The position numbers and the translations under genes are program-made. Below the pieces are notes generated by a model. That model was not told where the DNA came from. It did not search any database and saw nothing but the letters and a program-made list of their open reading frames with translations. 40,155 nucleotides of DNA from Escherichia phage HK544: sequence record NC_019767.1; one strand, 5' to 3'. Positions 18,193 through 26,735 of this stretch are shown here, piece after piece; the stretch's first letter is position 1, and each line of letters begins with the position of its first letter.

Positions 18193-18830
18193 TGGCCGAA
18201 TTTGGCGCGATGATATTAATGGACAACGGGAACCCATTTGTAACGCCCCAGTCAACGCCTTTTTGTCTTTACGGCAAGTACACTTTCAACTCCTCTGCTA
18301 ATGGCAGTTCGCAGCAGGTTGCTCAGAATATTGCATTAAATGCTGACTACCCTGTGATGGTATTTATCAGGACCACAAATACCGCCCAGCCCACGCCAGT
18401 AATATCTTACCGGAACGGCGGAAATATATATGTCGCGGGGGTTAATCCCTATAACCAGAGCTTCACGTTAACCGCATATATTTTTGCCATATTTCCCCAG
18501 ATGTTACCGAAATGGGGGATGGCCATCTGGGATTCGAGCGGGAAGCTGGTACTCACTAATGAGTCCCGCGTGCTGTCAGACTTGCAGACAATCGGAACGC
18601 CTGGAGCAAACGGCGGGATTAACATTGACCAGACGCTTGATGGTTCATGGGCAGTGGCTCCATCAAGGCTGGGGCAAGTGAACAGAAACGACGCTTACTC
18701 ATCTTGTAGGTATTCAGGCACAAGTACAAGAATAAACGCCGGTACAGCCGCAAATACACCTGGCGGTGCTGGAGGGGTGATAAATAATGGAATTATCCTG
18801 ACAGCAATTAAAACAGACGCCTATGATTGA
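18192..18830 (+). CDS. hypothetical protein downstream of J (likely tail-associated)
   Basis: 212 aa, TAATG overlap with the previous ORF; AIWDSSGK motif; Gly/Asn-rich C-terminus. Confidence 0.4.
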   Translation: MAEFGAMILMDNGNPFVTPQSTPFCLYGKYTFNSSANGSSQQVAQNIALNADYPVMVFIRTTNTAQPTPVISYRNGGNIYVAGVNPYNQSFTLTAYIFAIFPQMLPKWGMAIWDSSGKLVLTNESRVLSDLQTIGTPGANGGINIDQTLDGSWAVAPSRLGQVNRNDAYSSCRYSGTSTRINAGTAANTPGGAGGVINNGIILTAIKTDAYD

Positions 18831-18937
18831 TTATTTTGAGCGATCAATAACAAATAATTTATCTATCTAATCAATTATACCCATCGATTATGTATTGGTA
18901 TCTTCGAAGCTACTGAATACCTCTGGATACTATCAAA

Positions 18938-19171
18938 ATGAAAAGGCTAATTATCTGCATAGCGGGCGCTTTAATGCTGTCTGGTTGCGCTGGTGTACTT
19001 GAGAAACAGAAACCGATTTGCAGCGGCACGGCATATATGGGTGGCCATGAGAATACCGTTATGATTTACGCCGTTCGAAAGCAAAACAACCAGACGCAAT
19101 ACCGGGCCGGATATCCCTTTAACTGGCGCTGGGTAAGTGCGAACACATTCACAAGCACGACATGTAAATAA
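18938..19171 (+). CDS. small lipoprotein moron, possibly a Cor-like exclusion protein
   Basis: 77 aa with signal peptide and lipobox LSGC (Cys17); AT-rich promoter-like leader 18831-18937; own terminator; location next to tail fibre genes is where cor-type genes are found. Confidence 0.45.
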   Translation: MKRLIICIAGALMLSGCAGVLEKQKPICSGTAYMGGHENTVMIYAVRKQNNQTQYRAGYPFNWRWVSANTFTSTTCK

Positions 19172-19185
19172 CTCATGATTTTCAA

Positions 19186-19217
19186 TGCAAACCTCGCCTC
19201 GGCGGGGTTTTTTATTG
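19186..19217 (+). terminator. rho-independent terminator after the lipoprotein gene
   Basis: CCTCGCC-TCGG-CGGGG hairpin followed by TTTTTTATT. Confidence 0.45.
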
Positions 19218-19229
19218 CCTGGAGAAAAT

Positions 19230-20504
19230 ATGCTTTATAACACTGGAACCATCGCCATTAACGGAAACAGCGCCACCGGCACGGGCACGAACTGGACGGC
19301 ACCCGCCAGCCAGGTTCGCGCTGGTCAGACGATTATCGTGATGTCTAACCCGGTGCAGCTGTTTCAGATTTCATCCGTGAACAGCGCCACGTCAATGACG
19401 GTTACTCCAGCTGCTTCCCCGGCGCTGAGCGGCCAGAAGTACGGCATTCTGGTATCAGACATTATCTCGGTTGATGGACTGGCACAGGCCATGTCTCAGC
19501 TCATCAATGAGTATGACGAGAATATCGGTGCGTGGGAAACGTTCGCCAGTACCTCAGCGAACCAACTGGTCACTGTGACAATCAACGGCACCAGCCTCAG
19601 CATTCCTGCCATCGGTGGTCTCGCCCGGAAAGGGGCAAATAGCGATATCACAGAGCTGAAAGGGCTAAGTACAGCATTGAGTATTGACCAGGGTGGGACC
19701 GGCGCAAAAACCAAAGAAGCCGCTCGCACAAACCTCGGTTTAGGAAGTAGTGCCACTCGTGACGCGTATAGCACTTCTGGTTCAATGCTCGCAGTCGGAG
19801 ATTTCGGGGTCGGCAGCAATAGTATGAATAGGATTACTCAGGATGACCGCGTAGGGGCTGGGTTCTATCGATCATTAATGTTACTTGGTGGCTTAGGCGA
19901 TAACGTTTCGTTGATCGAAGTGCCGTATGATGCCAACACCATGTATCAGTTAATCATCCCAACTATTATCGCCACAAAGCCTAAGTTGTACTTAAGAACG
20001 TTGAGTAGTGATGAGACTTATAACGGGCAACTTGTCGAATTTTACAGCACAGGAAATACTACAAAGGCCAGTGACGGCACACTAAAAGTAGCATCGCCAG
20101 TCGTCAAAATATTTAGCGATGGTTCATTCCATTTGAATGATGAGTCAGCAGGATGCACTGTAACCCGTATTAATACCGGAGCATATCTCATTGAAGGCTG
20201 TATGGGGCTTAATGCTGATGCCGCGTGGGGAGGCATAGACGGCGGTTTTGATATCCCCACTGACCGCAACAAGCAGCCGCTGATTTGGCTCGATTATGAA
20301 GTTAATGCGGACGGTTCCATTTTGGTTAGAACTTATCATCGCACATATCCAACCGCCCCAGTATTCGCCAGAAATGAACGAGACGGAATCGAAGAGGGGG
20401 AGCCGGTAGATATCCCTGCCGATCAGTTCGTTTCCGTGCGCGTAGAAATGCCGGCTGACTCTGTTTACAGCCGGAGCTTGCATGAGCGCGGGAATGAGAG
20501 CTAA
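19230..20504 (+). CDS. tail fibre protein
   Basis: About 424 aa from ATG 19230 (SD GGAG); the ORF-track start at 19185 lies inside the terminator. Contains a QGGTGAKT...ARTNLGLGS motif typical of tail fibres. Confidence 0.55.
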   Translation: MLYNTGTIAINGNSATGTGTNWTAPASQVRAGQTIIVMSNPVQLFQISSVNSATSMTVTPAASPALSGQKYGILVSDIISVDGLAQAMSQLINEYDENIGAWETFASTSANQLVTVTINGTSLSIPAIGGLARKGANSDITELKGLSTALSIDQGGTGAKTKEAARTNLGLGSSATRDAYSTSGSMLAVGDFGVGSNSMNRITQDDRVGAGFYRSLMLLGGLGDNVSLIEVPYDANTMYQLIIPTIIATKPKLYLRTLSSDETYNGQLVEFYSTGNTTKASDGTLKVASPVVKIFSDGSFHLNDESAGCTVTRINTGAYLIEGCMGLNADAAWGGIDGGFDIPTDRNKQPLIWLDYEVNADGSILVRTYHRTYPTAPVFARNERDGIEEGEPVDIPADQFVSVRVEMPADSVYSRSLHERGNES

Positions 20505-20570
20505 TCATGATTTTGTCCATTTTTTTTTGATAAGCTTGGTGCAAATCAGCCAGAAAAAAAAGTACACAAC

Positions 20571-20969
20571 ATGAGCCAGTTAACGTTACATGAATTCGCA
20601 TCGATAAATTGTAAACTGAAAGATATCAGCGACACATGGTCAGATTTATGGGTTCTTCTGCATATCTTACCGGTCGGCATTGGTAGGGTGGTCAGTCTGC
20701 GTTACGGTAACCTTATAGGCGACTCCCTTGTCGTGGAGGCGAACGGAAGATTTGAAGAGAAAATCCTATCTGTACCAGCCGTTGTTCGCCACATTGTACA
20801 GAGGCGCAGGGACAAATATCCCCACGATGTTTACGTTTTTCAGAGTCACTCCAACCGGGTCAAATTTCAGCAAAGGCCAGTAACAGTTATTGCATTCAAC
20901 CAGGCATTGAAGATTGCCTCCAAAGGAGTGACGGATAAGGTGGTGAGCAGCAAAAGTGCTCGATGGTAG
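20571..20969 (+). CDS. hypothetical protein (cargo in the tail-fibre to int interval)
   Basis: 132-aa ORF; no confident family assignment; faint resemblance to the region between box I and box II of tyrosine recombinases but without the catalytic residues. Confidence 0.3.
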   Translation: MSQLTLHEFASINCKLKDISDTWSDLWVLLHILPVGIGRVVSLRYGNLIGDSLVVEANGRFEEKILSVPAVVRHIVQRRRDKYPHDVYVFQSHSNRVKFQQRPVTVIAFNQALKIASKGVTDKVVSSKSARW

Positions 20970-21059
20970 TTCGCCATCAAGAGGTGTTTTCGGGGTGATC
21001 ACGTACATCATCAATGATGCACGTTATGGTGAGTTTGATGACTACCCGCTGAAGTGAAA

Positions 21060-21370
21060 ATTGTGTTGTGTACCAAATTGCGTACCAAACTAAAATCACA
21101 AATCATGAAACCCTTGTTCATGGCGGTTCTCAGGGGTGTTTCGCGTAATCGTGAAAGAGGAAGGTAGGTTGTTTATCTGTGTCTGTCATTGTCTAGCATT
21201 GTCCACTGTAGTTAATTAACTGTCTGTTATAACTCGAAAAACAACCATTTTTTCACCTGAGTATGTCTACGAACGTCAAATATAGTTGTTTACTGTGCGC
21301 TGTTGTCCATGTGATATTGTGTACCAGATGTGTACCAACCCATTATTTCTGAGCGTACCAAATACTATTT
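21060..21370. other. candidate attP region with integrase arm-type repeats
   Basis: Five copies of (T/C)GTACCA(A/G) at 21070, 21082, 21321, 21332 and 21355; 12-bp perfect palindrome AGTTAATTAACT at 21210-21221; CATTGTC direct repeat at 21187 and 21197; noncoding, immediately upstream of int. Confidence 0.35.
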
Positions 21371-22549
21371 ATGGCTATAAGCGACACAAAACTGCGTACT
21401 ATTTATGGTAAACCATATTCGGGCCCACAAGAAGTGGCTGATGCCGATGGCCTCAGCGTACGAATTTCACCTAAGGGGGTCATCCAGTTCCAGTACCGCT
21501 ATCGCTGGCATGGCAAGCCTAATCGACTTGGGCTTGGTCGATACCCATCCCTGTCTTTGAAGGATGCCAGACAGATCACTGCTGACTTGCGAAAGCTCTA
21601 TTTCTCAGGAACGGATCCACGCACTTATTTTGAAGAGAAGGTGGAGAACTCCATGACGGTCGCCCAGTGTCTCGACTACTGGTTCGACAACTACGTCTCT
21701 ACAACTCTCAGAGAAAAGACCCAGGCACTTTACCGATCAACGGTTATGAAGCGCATGCATGACGCCTTTCCTAATCGTCCGGCATCTTCTATCACGGTTA
21801 AGCAATGGGTTGACCTGCTTACCGAAGAAGAAAGAGATAATCCACGCCGAGCAAGGCAGGTGCTAAGTCAACTAAGATCAGCAATAAGTTGGTGCATGCG
21901 GCGTCAGTTGATAGATAGTTGCGCAATTATGAGCATCCAACCAAGGGACTTCGGCTCCCGCGCTGAGGTAGGGGAGCGGGTACTGTCGTATCACGAACTG
22001 GCTAAGATTTGGCTTGCTATTGAAAGAAGCCGTGCGTCTACGTCAAATAAGCTCCTTCATCAGATGCTTATGCTGTGGGGGTCGAGGCTCTCAGAGCTTA
22101 GGCTGGCAACAAAGACAGAATTTGACCTGCTGGACAACGTATGGACCGTACCGAAAGAGCATAGCAAGATGGGTAATGTTATCCGCCGTCCAATCTTCGA
22201 ACAAATTAAGCCTTTTCTCGAAAAGGCCATGACAACATACAATGATGTTCTTTTCCCTGGAGAAGACATAAACAAACCGATCAGCATCGCTGCAGCCAAC
22301 CGATTCGTAAATAGAATAAGGGGAGGGATGGACATAGGTTACTGGCGAACACATGATTTCAGAAGAACGCTTGTTACACGGCTGTCCGAGATGAATGTCG
22401 AGCCCCATGTTACTGAGCGAATGCTCGGTCATGAACTTGGCGGGATAATGTCCGTGTACAATAAACACGACTGGATAGAGGCTCAGCGCAAAGCGTATGA
22501 GCTTCACGCTGATAAATTGTTCTGGCACATCAGGAACATTTCTGGTTAA
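21371..22549 (+). CDS. int: tyrosine site-specific integrase
   Basis: 392 aa; box II HDFRRT, MLGH and probable catalytic Tyr in SVYNKHDW near the C-terminus. Confidence 0.85.
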   Translation: MAISDTKLRTIYGKPYSGPQEVADADGLSVRISPKGVIQFQYRYRWHGKPNRLGLGRYPSLSLKDARQITADLRKLYFSGTDPRTYFEEKVENSMTVAQCLDYWFDNYVSTTLREKTQALYRSTVMKRMHDAFPNRPASSITVKQWVDLLTEEERDNPRRARQVLSQLRSAISWCMRRQLIDSCAIMSIQPRDFGSRAEVGERVLSYHELAKIWLAIERSRASTSNKLLHQMLMLWGSRLSELRLATKTEFDLLDNVWTVPKEHSKMGNVIRRPIFEQIKPFLEKAMTTYNDVLFPGEDINKPISIAAANRFVNRIRGGMDIGYWRTHDFRRTLVTRLSEMNVEPHVTERMLGHELGGIMSVYNKHDWIEAQRKAYELHADKLFWHIRNISG

Positions 22550-22721
22550 CGCCACCGTTAAGAATCCACCCTTCAACAGCTTCACGAAGGTATGATTTGG
22601 GGTGGGTTCTGACTGGCTTCGGAAATCCGTGCCGTTTGGTATAGTTCCAGATTGTCTGACGTGATGAAACACCGAGCTTGTTCATCACTTCTTTCTCAGG
22701 AATCAGGCTGGTATCGGTCAT
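22530..22721 (-). CDS. xis: AlpA-family DNA-binding protein / putative excisionase
   Basis: 63 aa with winged-helix-like segment KEVMNKLGVSSRQTIWNYTKRHGFPKP; convergent with int and overlapping its 3' end by 20 nt. Confidence 0.6.
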   Translation of the reverse strand: MTDTSLIPEKEVMNKLGVSSRQTIWNYTKRHGFPKPVRTHPKSYLREAVEGWILNGGVNQKCS

Positions 22722-22764
22722 CTTAATTCTCCAGGCAAAAAGAAACCGCCATATAGCGGCTCTA

Positions 22765-22884
22765 TCAGATATGTACAGGCCTCATCGAGTGTGAGGCGTT
22801 AGTCATTGCGTAGCTCGCTGATTCTTCTGTAAGTCTGTGGTGCTTTGCTATCTCACGCAGTGCCTGATAGTCAATCTTGCTCAC
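22765..22884 (-). CDS. small ORF (39 aa), GTG start
   Basis: SD GGAGG, GTG start overlapping the stop of the upstream 160-aa gene; below the ORF-track size cutoff. Confidence 0.25.
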   Translation of the reverse strand: MSKIDYQALREIAKHHRLTEESASYAMTNASHSMRPVHI

Positions 22885-23363
22885 TGGTTGCCTCCTTTGC
22901 GAAGCTGGGCGGCGAACAAACGTACACTAGACGCTTCACTGTGTAGAAACTTAACGGCATAATCAAAACCACATCGTTCTGCGTCGTCTGCTGCGTTGTC
23001 GAGGTTATCTGCGTACATCTCTACCCCCTGCGCCCGTACTTCAGCCAGGAAAGCATCGGTGGCTGGGGTTTCAGTAACATCACCTTCCCATTCGCTAAAC
23101 TCCTCACGACAAAAGTCATTAAATTCCTTCTCAGATTGCTTAAGCGAGGTATTTTCAGCAGCCATCTTCGCGCACTTGGCCTCAAGGTTATCAATCGTGA
23201 TTCCAGCAGAACGACACTCCCGCAACGCCGTTTCCAGTTTTGATTCAAGTTCACCGAACTTACGGACAAGATATTCAGCGTTTGTTTCGTTAACATTTAA
23301 ATCTCGGGGGATGCATTTACCTTTCAGAAAACCATCCATCTCAATTAGTGACATTTGTTTCAT
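22881..23363 (-). CDS. hypothetical early-left protein
   Basis: 160 aa from the ATG that forms an ATGA overlap with the upstream gene stop; acidic; no family recognised. Confidence 0.4.
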   Translation of the reverse strand: MKQMSLIEMDGFLKGKCIPRDLNVNETNAEYLVRKFGELESKLETALRECRSAGITIDNLEAKCAKMAAENTSLKQSEKEFNDFCREEFSEWEGDVTETPATDAFLAEVRAQGVEMYADNLDNAADDAERCGFDYAVKFLHSEASSVRLFAAQLRKGGNQ

Positions 23364-23539
23364 TTCTTCCCACTCCGCCACATCGCATTCAGATATTTGT
23401 TGTCATTAACAGAACCGAAACTATTTCTCTTAAGCAATTCCTCTCTCGATGGCATTGGCTTTACGCGTTGGCGAATAATCATTTCTGCCGGAAGAATGCC
23501 GGGATTGTATGCAAGTCCTCTCATGGTAAATTCCTCAGT
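23360..23539 (-). CDS. hypothetical small protein (59 aa)
   Basis: Internal ATG of the 23360..23674 ORF overlapping the stop of the upstream 97-aa gene by 1 nt (translational coupling). Confidence 0.3.
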   Translation of the reverse strand, partial: TEEFTMRGLAYNPGILPAEMIIRQRVKPMPSREELLKRNSFGSVNDNKYLNAMWRSGKK

Positions 23540-23828
23540 CATTACTGATAGCGCCATAGCGTGAGCGGTAATTACGCAGGCGCGGGTCAATTTCAGGGAA
23601 GTGGGTATATGTGGCTTTGCGGAATGGTCGGATTGATGTCTGGTAAATTCGCTCGCGTTCTTCTTTCTCTGCAAGCCATATACAATGGCGAAATTCCTTT
23701 TCCTTTTTCGTTTCCTGCGGTAGCGACATTATCCGATCGTAGTTTTTCCTGAATTTATCCAGCACCTCCGATACGGAATTGCCGGAACAGCGGCGTGGGT
23801 CATCCGCACCATACAGAGGCGCTGGCAT
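23535..23828 (-). CDS. hypothetical protein (97 aa)
   Basis: ORF in the leftward operon between SSB-like gene and downstream small genes; basic, Arg-rich. Confidence 0.35.
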   Translation of the reverse strand: MPAPLYGADDPRRCSGNSVSEVLDKFRKNYDRIMSLPQETKKEKEFRHCIWLAEKEERERIYQTSIRPFRKATYTHFPEIDPRLRNYRSRYGAISND

Positions 23829-23851
23829 AATGGAATCCTTATGTTGCTACT

Positions 23852-24235
23852 TTAGAAGGGAATTGAATTGTCGTATTCAGGATGATTTTGATGATTGCTA
23901 CTTTGCTGCTGTTGGCTGTTTCCTGAGGTTGCAAATCCAATCTTTGCATTCAGTAATTCAAGAGTGATTGATTGACCATTTTGCCCCTGATAAACATCAA
24001 CCCTGATGTTTTCTCCGGTAATTTCTACAATGCCACCTTCAACAAGAACACTACGGTAGTAATCCGCTTGCGCTCCCGGCTTGGCAAATACAACGGCGCT
24101 GTAGTTTGTCCATTCTTTCTTTTTTGTCTGGCGATCGTAATACTGAACGCCAGCACGGATGTTGAATCCGATATTTTCCCCGGCCTGAAACTCTCTTGCG
24201 GGCTTGTTTAGTCTTACAGTAATCGAATGTGCCAT
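23852..24235 (-). CDS. ssb: ssDNA-binding protein-like (OB fold with C-terminal IPF tail)
   Basis: 127 aa from MAHSITV...; C-terminus ...EYDNSIPF resembles the acidic DDDIPF tail of bacterial SSB; TAATG overlap with erf stop. Confidence 0.5.
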   Translation of the reverse strand: MAHSITVRLNKPAREFQAGENIGFNIRAGVQYYDRQTKKKEWTNYSAVVFAKPGAQADYYRSVLVEGGIVEITGENIRVDVYQGQNGQSITLELLNAKIGFATSGNSQQQQSSNHQNHPEYDNSIPF

Positions 24236-24840
24236 TAAGCAGCCGCTCCTTCTAATTCGTCTCGTCTGATGTTGTAAACGTCCTGCGCTTTGTGCTGCTC
24301 CGGTGTGCCTTCGAGCATCTTCCACGCTTTGGCGAACGCCTGTTTAAGCTCTTCTACGGTGTTTTTCTGCATTGCTGCGTCAGTGAATGCTTTTAGAACC
24401 TGTTCAGGTGTAGGTGATGGTTTTGATTGCTTTGCTGCTGCGTTCTGCTGATGTTTATGCTCGTCTGTATCTGCATCTTTCGCATCATCAATGCCGAATA
24501 AACCATTGAGGCAATACTTGCGTGCATAAGAGCTTGTAGCTCCCGTAACTTGTGCAGAATCCATTCCTTTCTTGCTTTCTTCCTCTCGTGCAAGAGCGGT
24601 TGCCGTATGACTGTTTTCGCCATCGGTAATAGTTGCCGTGGCTTTCACGTAATACCGATCACCAATCAACACAACTTCATCGCTGATTGATAAAAACAGG
24701 CCATTCAGTAACGGCTTAACACCCTCAAGAATGTCTTCGCAGCTTCTGTATTTATATTTGCCGAATGAGTTATATTGATTCTTTGGCGCGTTCAGATTCT
24801 CCTGAATAGCTGCCAGTCTTGCGTAAAATTCTTTGCTCAT
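24235..24840 (-). CDS. erf: Erf-family ssDNA annealing recombinase
   Basis: 201 aa from MSKEFYARL; motif ATSSYARKYCLNGLFGIDD resembles P22 Erf-type proteins; paired with SSB-like gene. Confidence 0.65.
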   Translation of the reverse strand: MSKEFYARLAAIQENLNAPKNQYNSFGKYKYRSCEDILEGVKPLLNGLFLSISDEVVLIGDRYYVKATATITDGENSHTATALAREEESKKGMDSAQVTGATSSYARKYCLNGLFGIDDAKDADTDEHKHQQNAAAKQSKPSPTPEQVLKAFTDAAMQKNTVEELKQAFAKAWKMLEGTPEQHKAQDVYNIRRDELEGAAA

Positions 24841-24929
24841 ATGATTGTTCTCAGAATGGACATGGCCCAAGTAAATAACGCTGATTTAATACTTCAGTCT
24901 TTGCCGCATTTAAAAATACGCGAACACCT

Positions 24930-25100
24930 TCACGATCTCCCTTCTGGCGATACATTAACGCCTGCTGCGTGTACATGCGTCTCTGTAACTTGCTCTCCTT
25001 CACTGTGGTTGCAAGTGGCATGAATATCTCCTTCGTTACCGATTAATTCTTTCATCTGAAGAATGAATTCTTCGTCTGACCAGTTATCTGTAAAACTCAT
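24930..25100 (-). CDS. small ORF (56 aa), acidic
   Basis: ATG with SD AGGAA, ATGA overlap with the stop of the upstream 50-aa ORF; a competing 56-aa ORF (24851..25021, other frame, SD AAGGAGAT) overlaps it. Confidence 0.3.
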   Translation of the reverse strand: MSFTDNWSDEEFILQMKELIGNEGDIHATCNHSEGEQVTETHVHAAGVNVSPEGRS

Positions 25101-25249
25101 TTCCTGCGATACCACGGAATGTTGATCGCTGATTTCATCGCTTTATTTGCTTCAAGCCACATTTTTGAATCACCAATAAATCTGGCTATTACTGCTTTGT
25201 TTTGTGCAGCACGAAGCATCTGATGATTTATGGCTATTTCATTGCGCAT
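25097..25249 (-). CDS. small ORF (50 aa)
   Basis: ATG with GAGG SD; stop overlaps the next start (ATGA); below ORF-track cutoff. Confidence 0.3.
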   Translation of the reverse strand: MRNEIAINHQMLRAAQNKAVIARFIGDSKMWLEANKAMKSAINIPWYRRK

Positions 25250-25365
25250 AATAAGACCTCAACTCTTTTCCATCCGTCACGTAATTTACGGGTGATTCGT
25301 TCAAGTAAAGATTCATTTAGTTGGAAGGCACCCATGCGAGCGCCTCCCGCGATTGCGTAAATCAT
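25234..25365 (-). CDS. small ORF (43 aa)
   Basis: ATG with AAGGAA SD 24 nt downstream of the coiled-coil gene stop; below ORF-track cutoff. Confidence 0.3.
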   Translation of the reverse strand: MIYAIAGGARMGAFQLNESLLERITRKLRDGWKRVEVLLCAMK

Positions 25366-25389
25366 GGGTGGTTCCTTATGTTGGTTTTA

Positions 25390-26358
25390 TTAGTAGGTTA
25401 TTTTTGTTGCGAATACTTCGCCTTTTACGATGGCTGTTATGATATTTTTAGCAACATCTTCTGATGCACCAACCTTGATAAGGTCAGCAAGTATTTTGTT
25501 ATTTACTTCTTTCCGGTGCGCTTTATCCTTTGCTCTACGCTCTTCTTCTTCCTTGATTCTTTTTTCTTCTGCTATTCTGGCTTGCTCTTTTGCTTCAGCA
25601 TCGCGACGGATTCGTTCAGCCTCCTCCTGTGCTTTTCTGCGTTCTGCTTCAATTGCTGCCTGCTTTTCTCTTTCAGCTCGTTCTGCTGCCTCTTTTGCTT
25701 CGCGCTGTGCTCGCTGCTCGGCTTCAATGCGTTCACGCTCTGCACGTTCCGCTGCGGCCTTAGCTTCTGCTTCTCGCCTTGCTGCTGCTTCAATTTCGGC
25801 TTTTGCCTTTGCTTCGGCTTCTGCTCTGGCTTTCTCTTCAGCTTCTCTTTTTAAGCGTTCTTCATGCTCTCGCTTTTCCTGCTCCGCTTTGAGTCTTGCC
25901 TCTTCTCTTTTGCGGTCAAATTCGCGATCCATCAAAATAGCTATTTCATGGTCAGACTCAATTTGCTTTGCGAGAGCTTCAGCTGCTGCCTTAGCTTCTT
26001 CTTCGGCTTTAATCCGCGCCTGTTCTTCCTCATAATCAGTAAGAGGCTGGCGCGCCTTGGCTTTCAGTTCATCAAGGCGATCACGCACTGTCTTGCGGTT
26101 GGCATCAATTAGCTTTGGAATTTCCTTCAGTTCAGCAACAAGGTCTTTGCCAAGACCATCGAGATATGTTTTCGTCTGCGCAACTTTATACGCCAGAGAA
26201 GCGATCTCCTTTCTGCCCTTTGCCGTTGTGATATCAGGCACAAAGGACATAACTTCACGTTCAACCTTTTGAAGGATTTCTTCAATCTGGTCTGCAGACT
26301 GAAATACAGTCATTGCATTTGCTTTTTCAATAACAACTAAATCTGTTACTTCACTCAT
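25390..26358 (-). CDS. coiled-coil protein with long low-complexity Ala/Glu/Lys/Arg repeat region
   Basis: 322 aa from MSEVTDLV (SD GGAGGA); central roughly 150 aa is (A/E/K/R)-rich repetitive coiled-coil; function unknown. Confidence 0.5.
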   Translation of the reverse strand: MSEVTDLVVIEKANAMTVFQSADQIEEILQKVEREVMSFVPDITTAKGRKEIASLAYKVAQTKTYLDGLGKDLVAELKEIPKLIDANRKTVRDRLDELKAKARQPLTDYEEEQARIKAEEEAKAAAEALAKQIESDHEIAILMDREFDRKREEARLKAEQEKREHEERLKREAEEKARAEAEAKAKAEIEAAARREAEAKAAAERAERERIEAEQRAQREAKEAAERAEREKQAAIEAERRKAQEEAERIRRDAEAKEQARIAEEKRIKEEEERRAKDKAHRKEVNNKILADLIKVGASEDVAKNIITAIVKGEVFATKITY

Positions 26359-26370
26359 ATATCCTCCGTC

Positions 26371-26398
26371 AAAAAAAACTGCCCTCACACTGGAGGGC
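26371..26398 (-). terminator. intrinsic terminator in the leftward operon (tL-like)
   Basis: On the - strand: GCCCTCCAGTGTGAGGGC hairpin followed by TTTTTTTT, directly upstream of the coiled-coil gene SD. Confidence 0.45.
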
Positions 26399-26534
26399 AA
26401 AGAAGATTTCCAATAATCAGAACAAGTCGGCTCCTGTTTAGTTACGAGCGACATTGCTCCGTGTATTCACTCGTTGGAATGAATACACAGTGCAGTGTTT
26501 ATTCTGTTGTTTATGCCAAAAATGAAGGCCACCA

Positions 26535-26735
26535 TCAGGCAGCCTTGTTGTTCTGTTTACCAAGTTCTCTGGCAATCATTGCCGTCGTTCGTATTGCCCA
26601 TTTATCGACATATTTCCCATCTTCCATTACAGGAAACATTTCTTCAGGCTTAACCATGCATTCCGATTGCAGCTTGCATCCATTGCATCGTTTGAATTGT
26701 CCACACCATTGATTTTTATCAATAGTCGTAGTCAT
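26535..26735 (-). CDS. ral: restriction alleviation protein Ral
   Basis: 66 aa, MTTTIDKNQWCGQFKRCNGCKLQSEC...; matches lambda Ral as I recall it; position just downstream of N. Confidence 0.65.
   Translation of the reverse strand: MTTTIDKNQWCGQFKRCNGCKLQSECMVKPEEMFPVMEDGKYVDKWAIRTTAMIARELGKQNNKAA

Noticed and set aside
21090-21320. Possible tRNA 3' fragment in the attP core
   Set aside because: Could not recognise a T-arm or acceptor-stem-like sequence by eye; left as an open question needing comparison with lysogen junctions.
22091-22672. 193-aa ORF on the - strand overlapping the integrase gene
   Set aside because: Antisense to an integrase with intact catalytic motifs; xis is the real leftward gene here (22530..22721).
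25430-26035. Long + strand ORFs (201 and 112 aa) rich in Ser/Ala/Cys/Phe opposite the coiled-coil gene
   Set aside because: Generated by the repetitive GC-skewed codons of the coiled-coil region; low-complexity translation and no SD.
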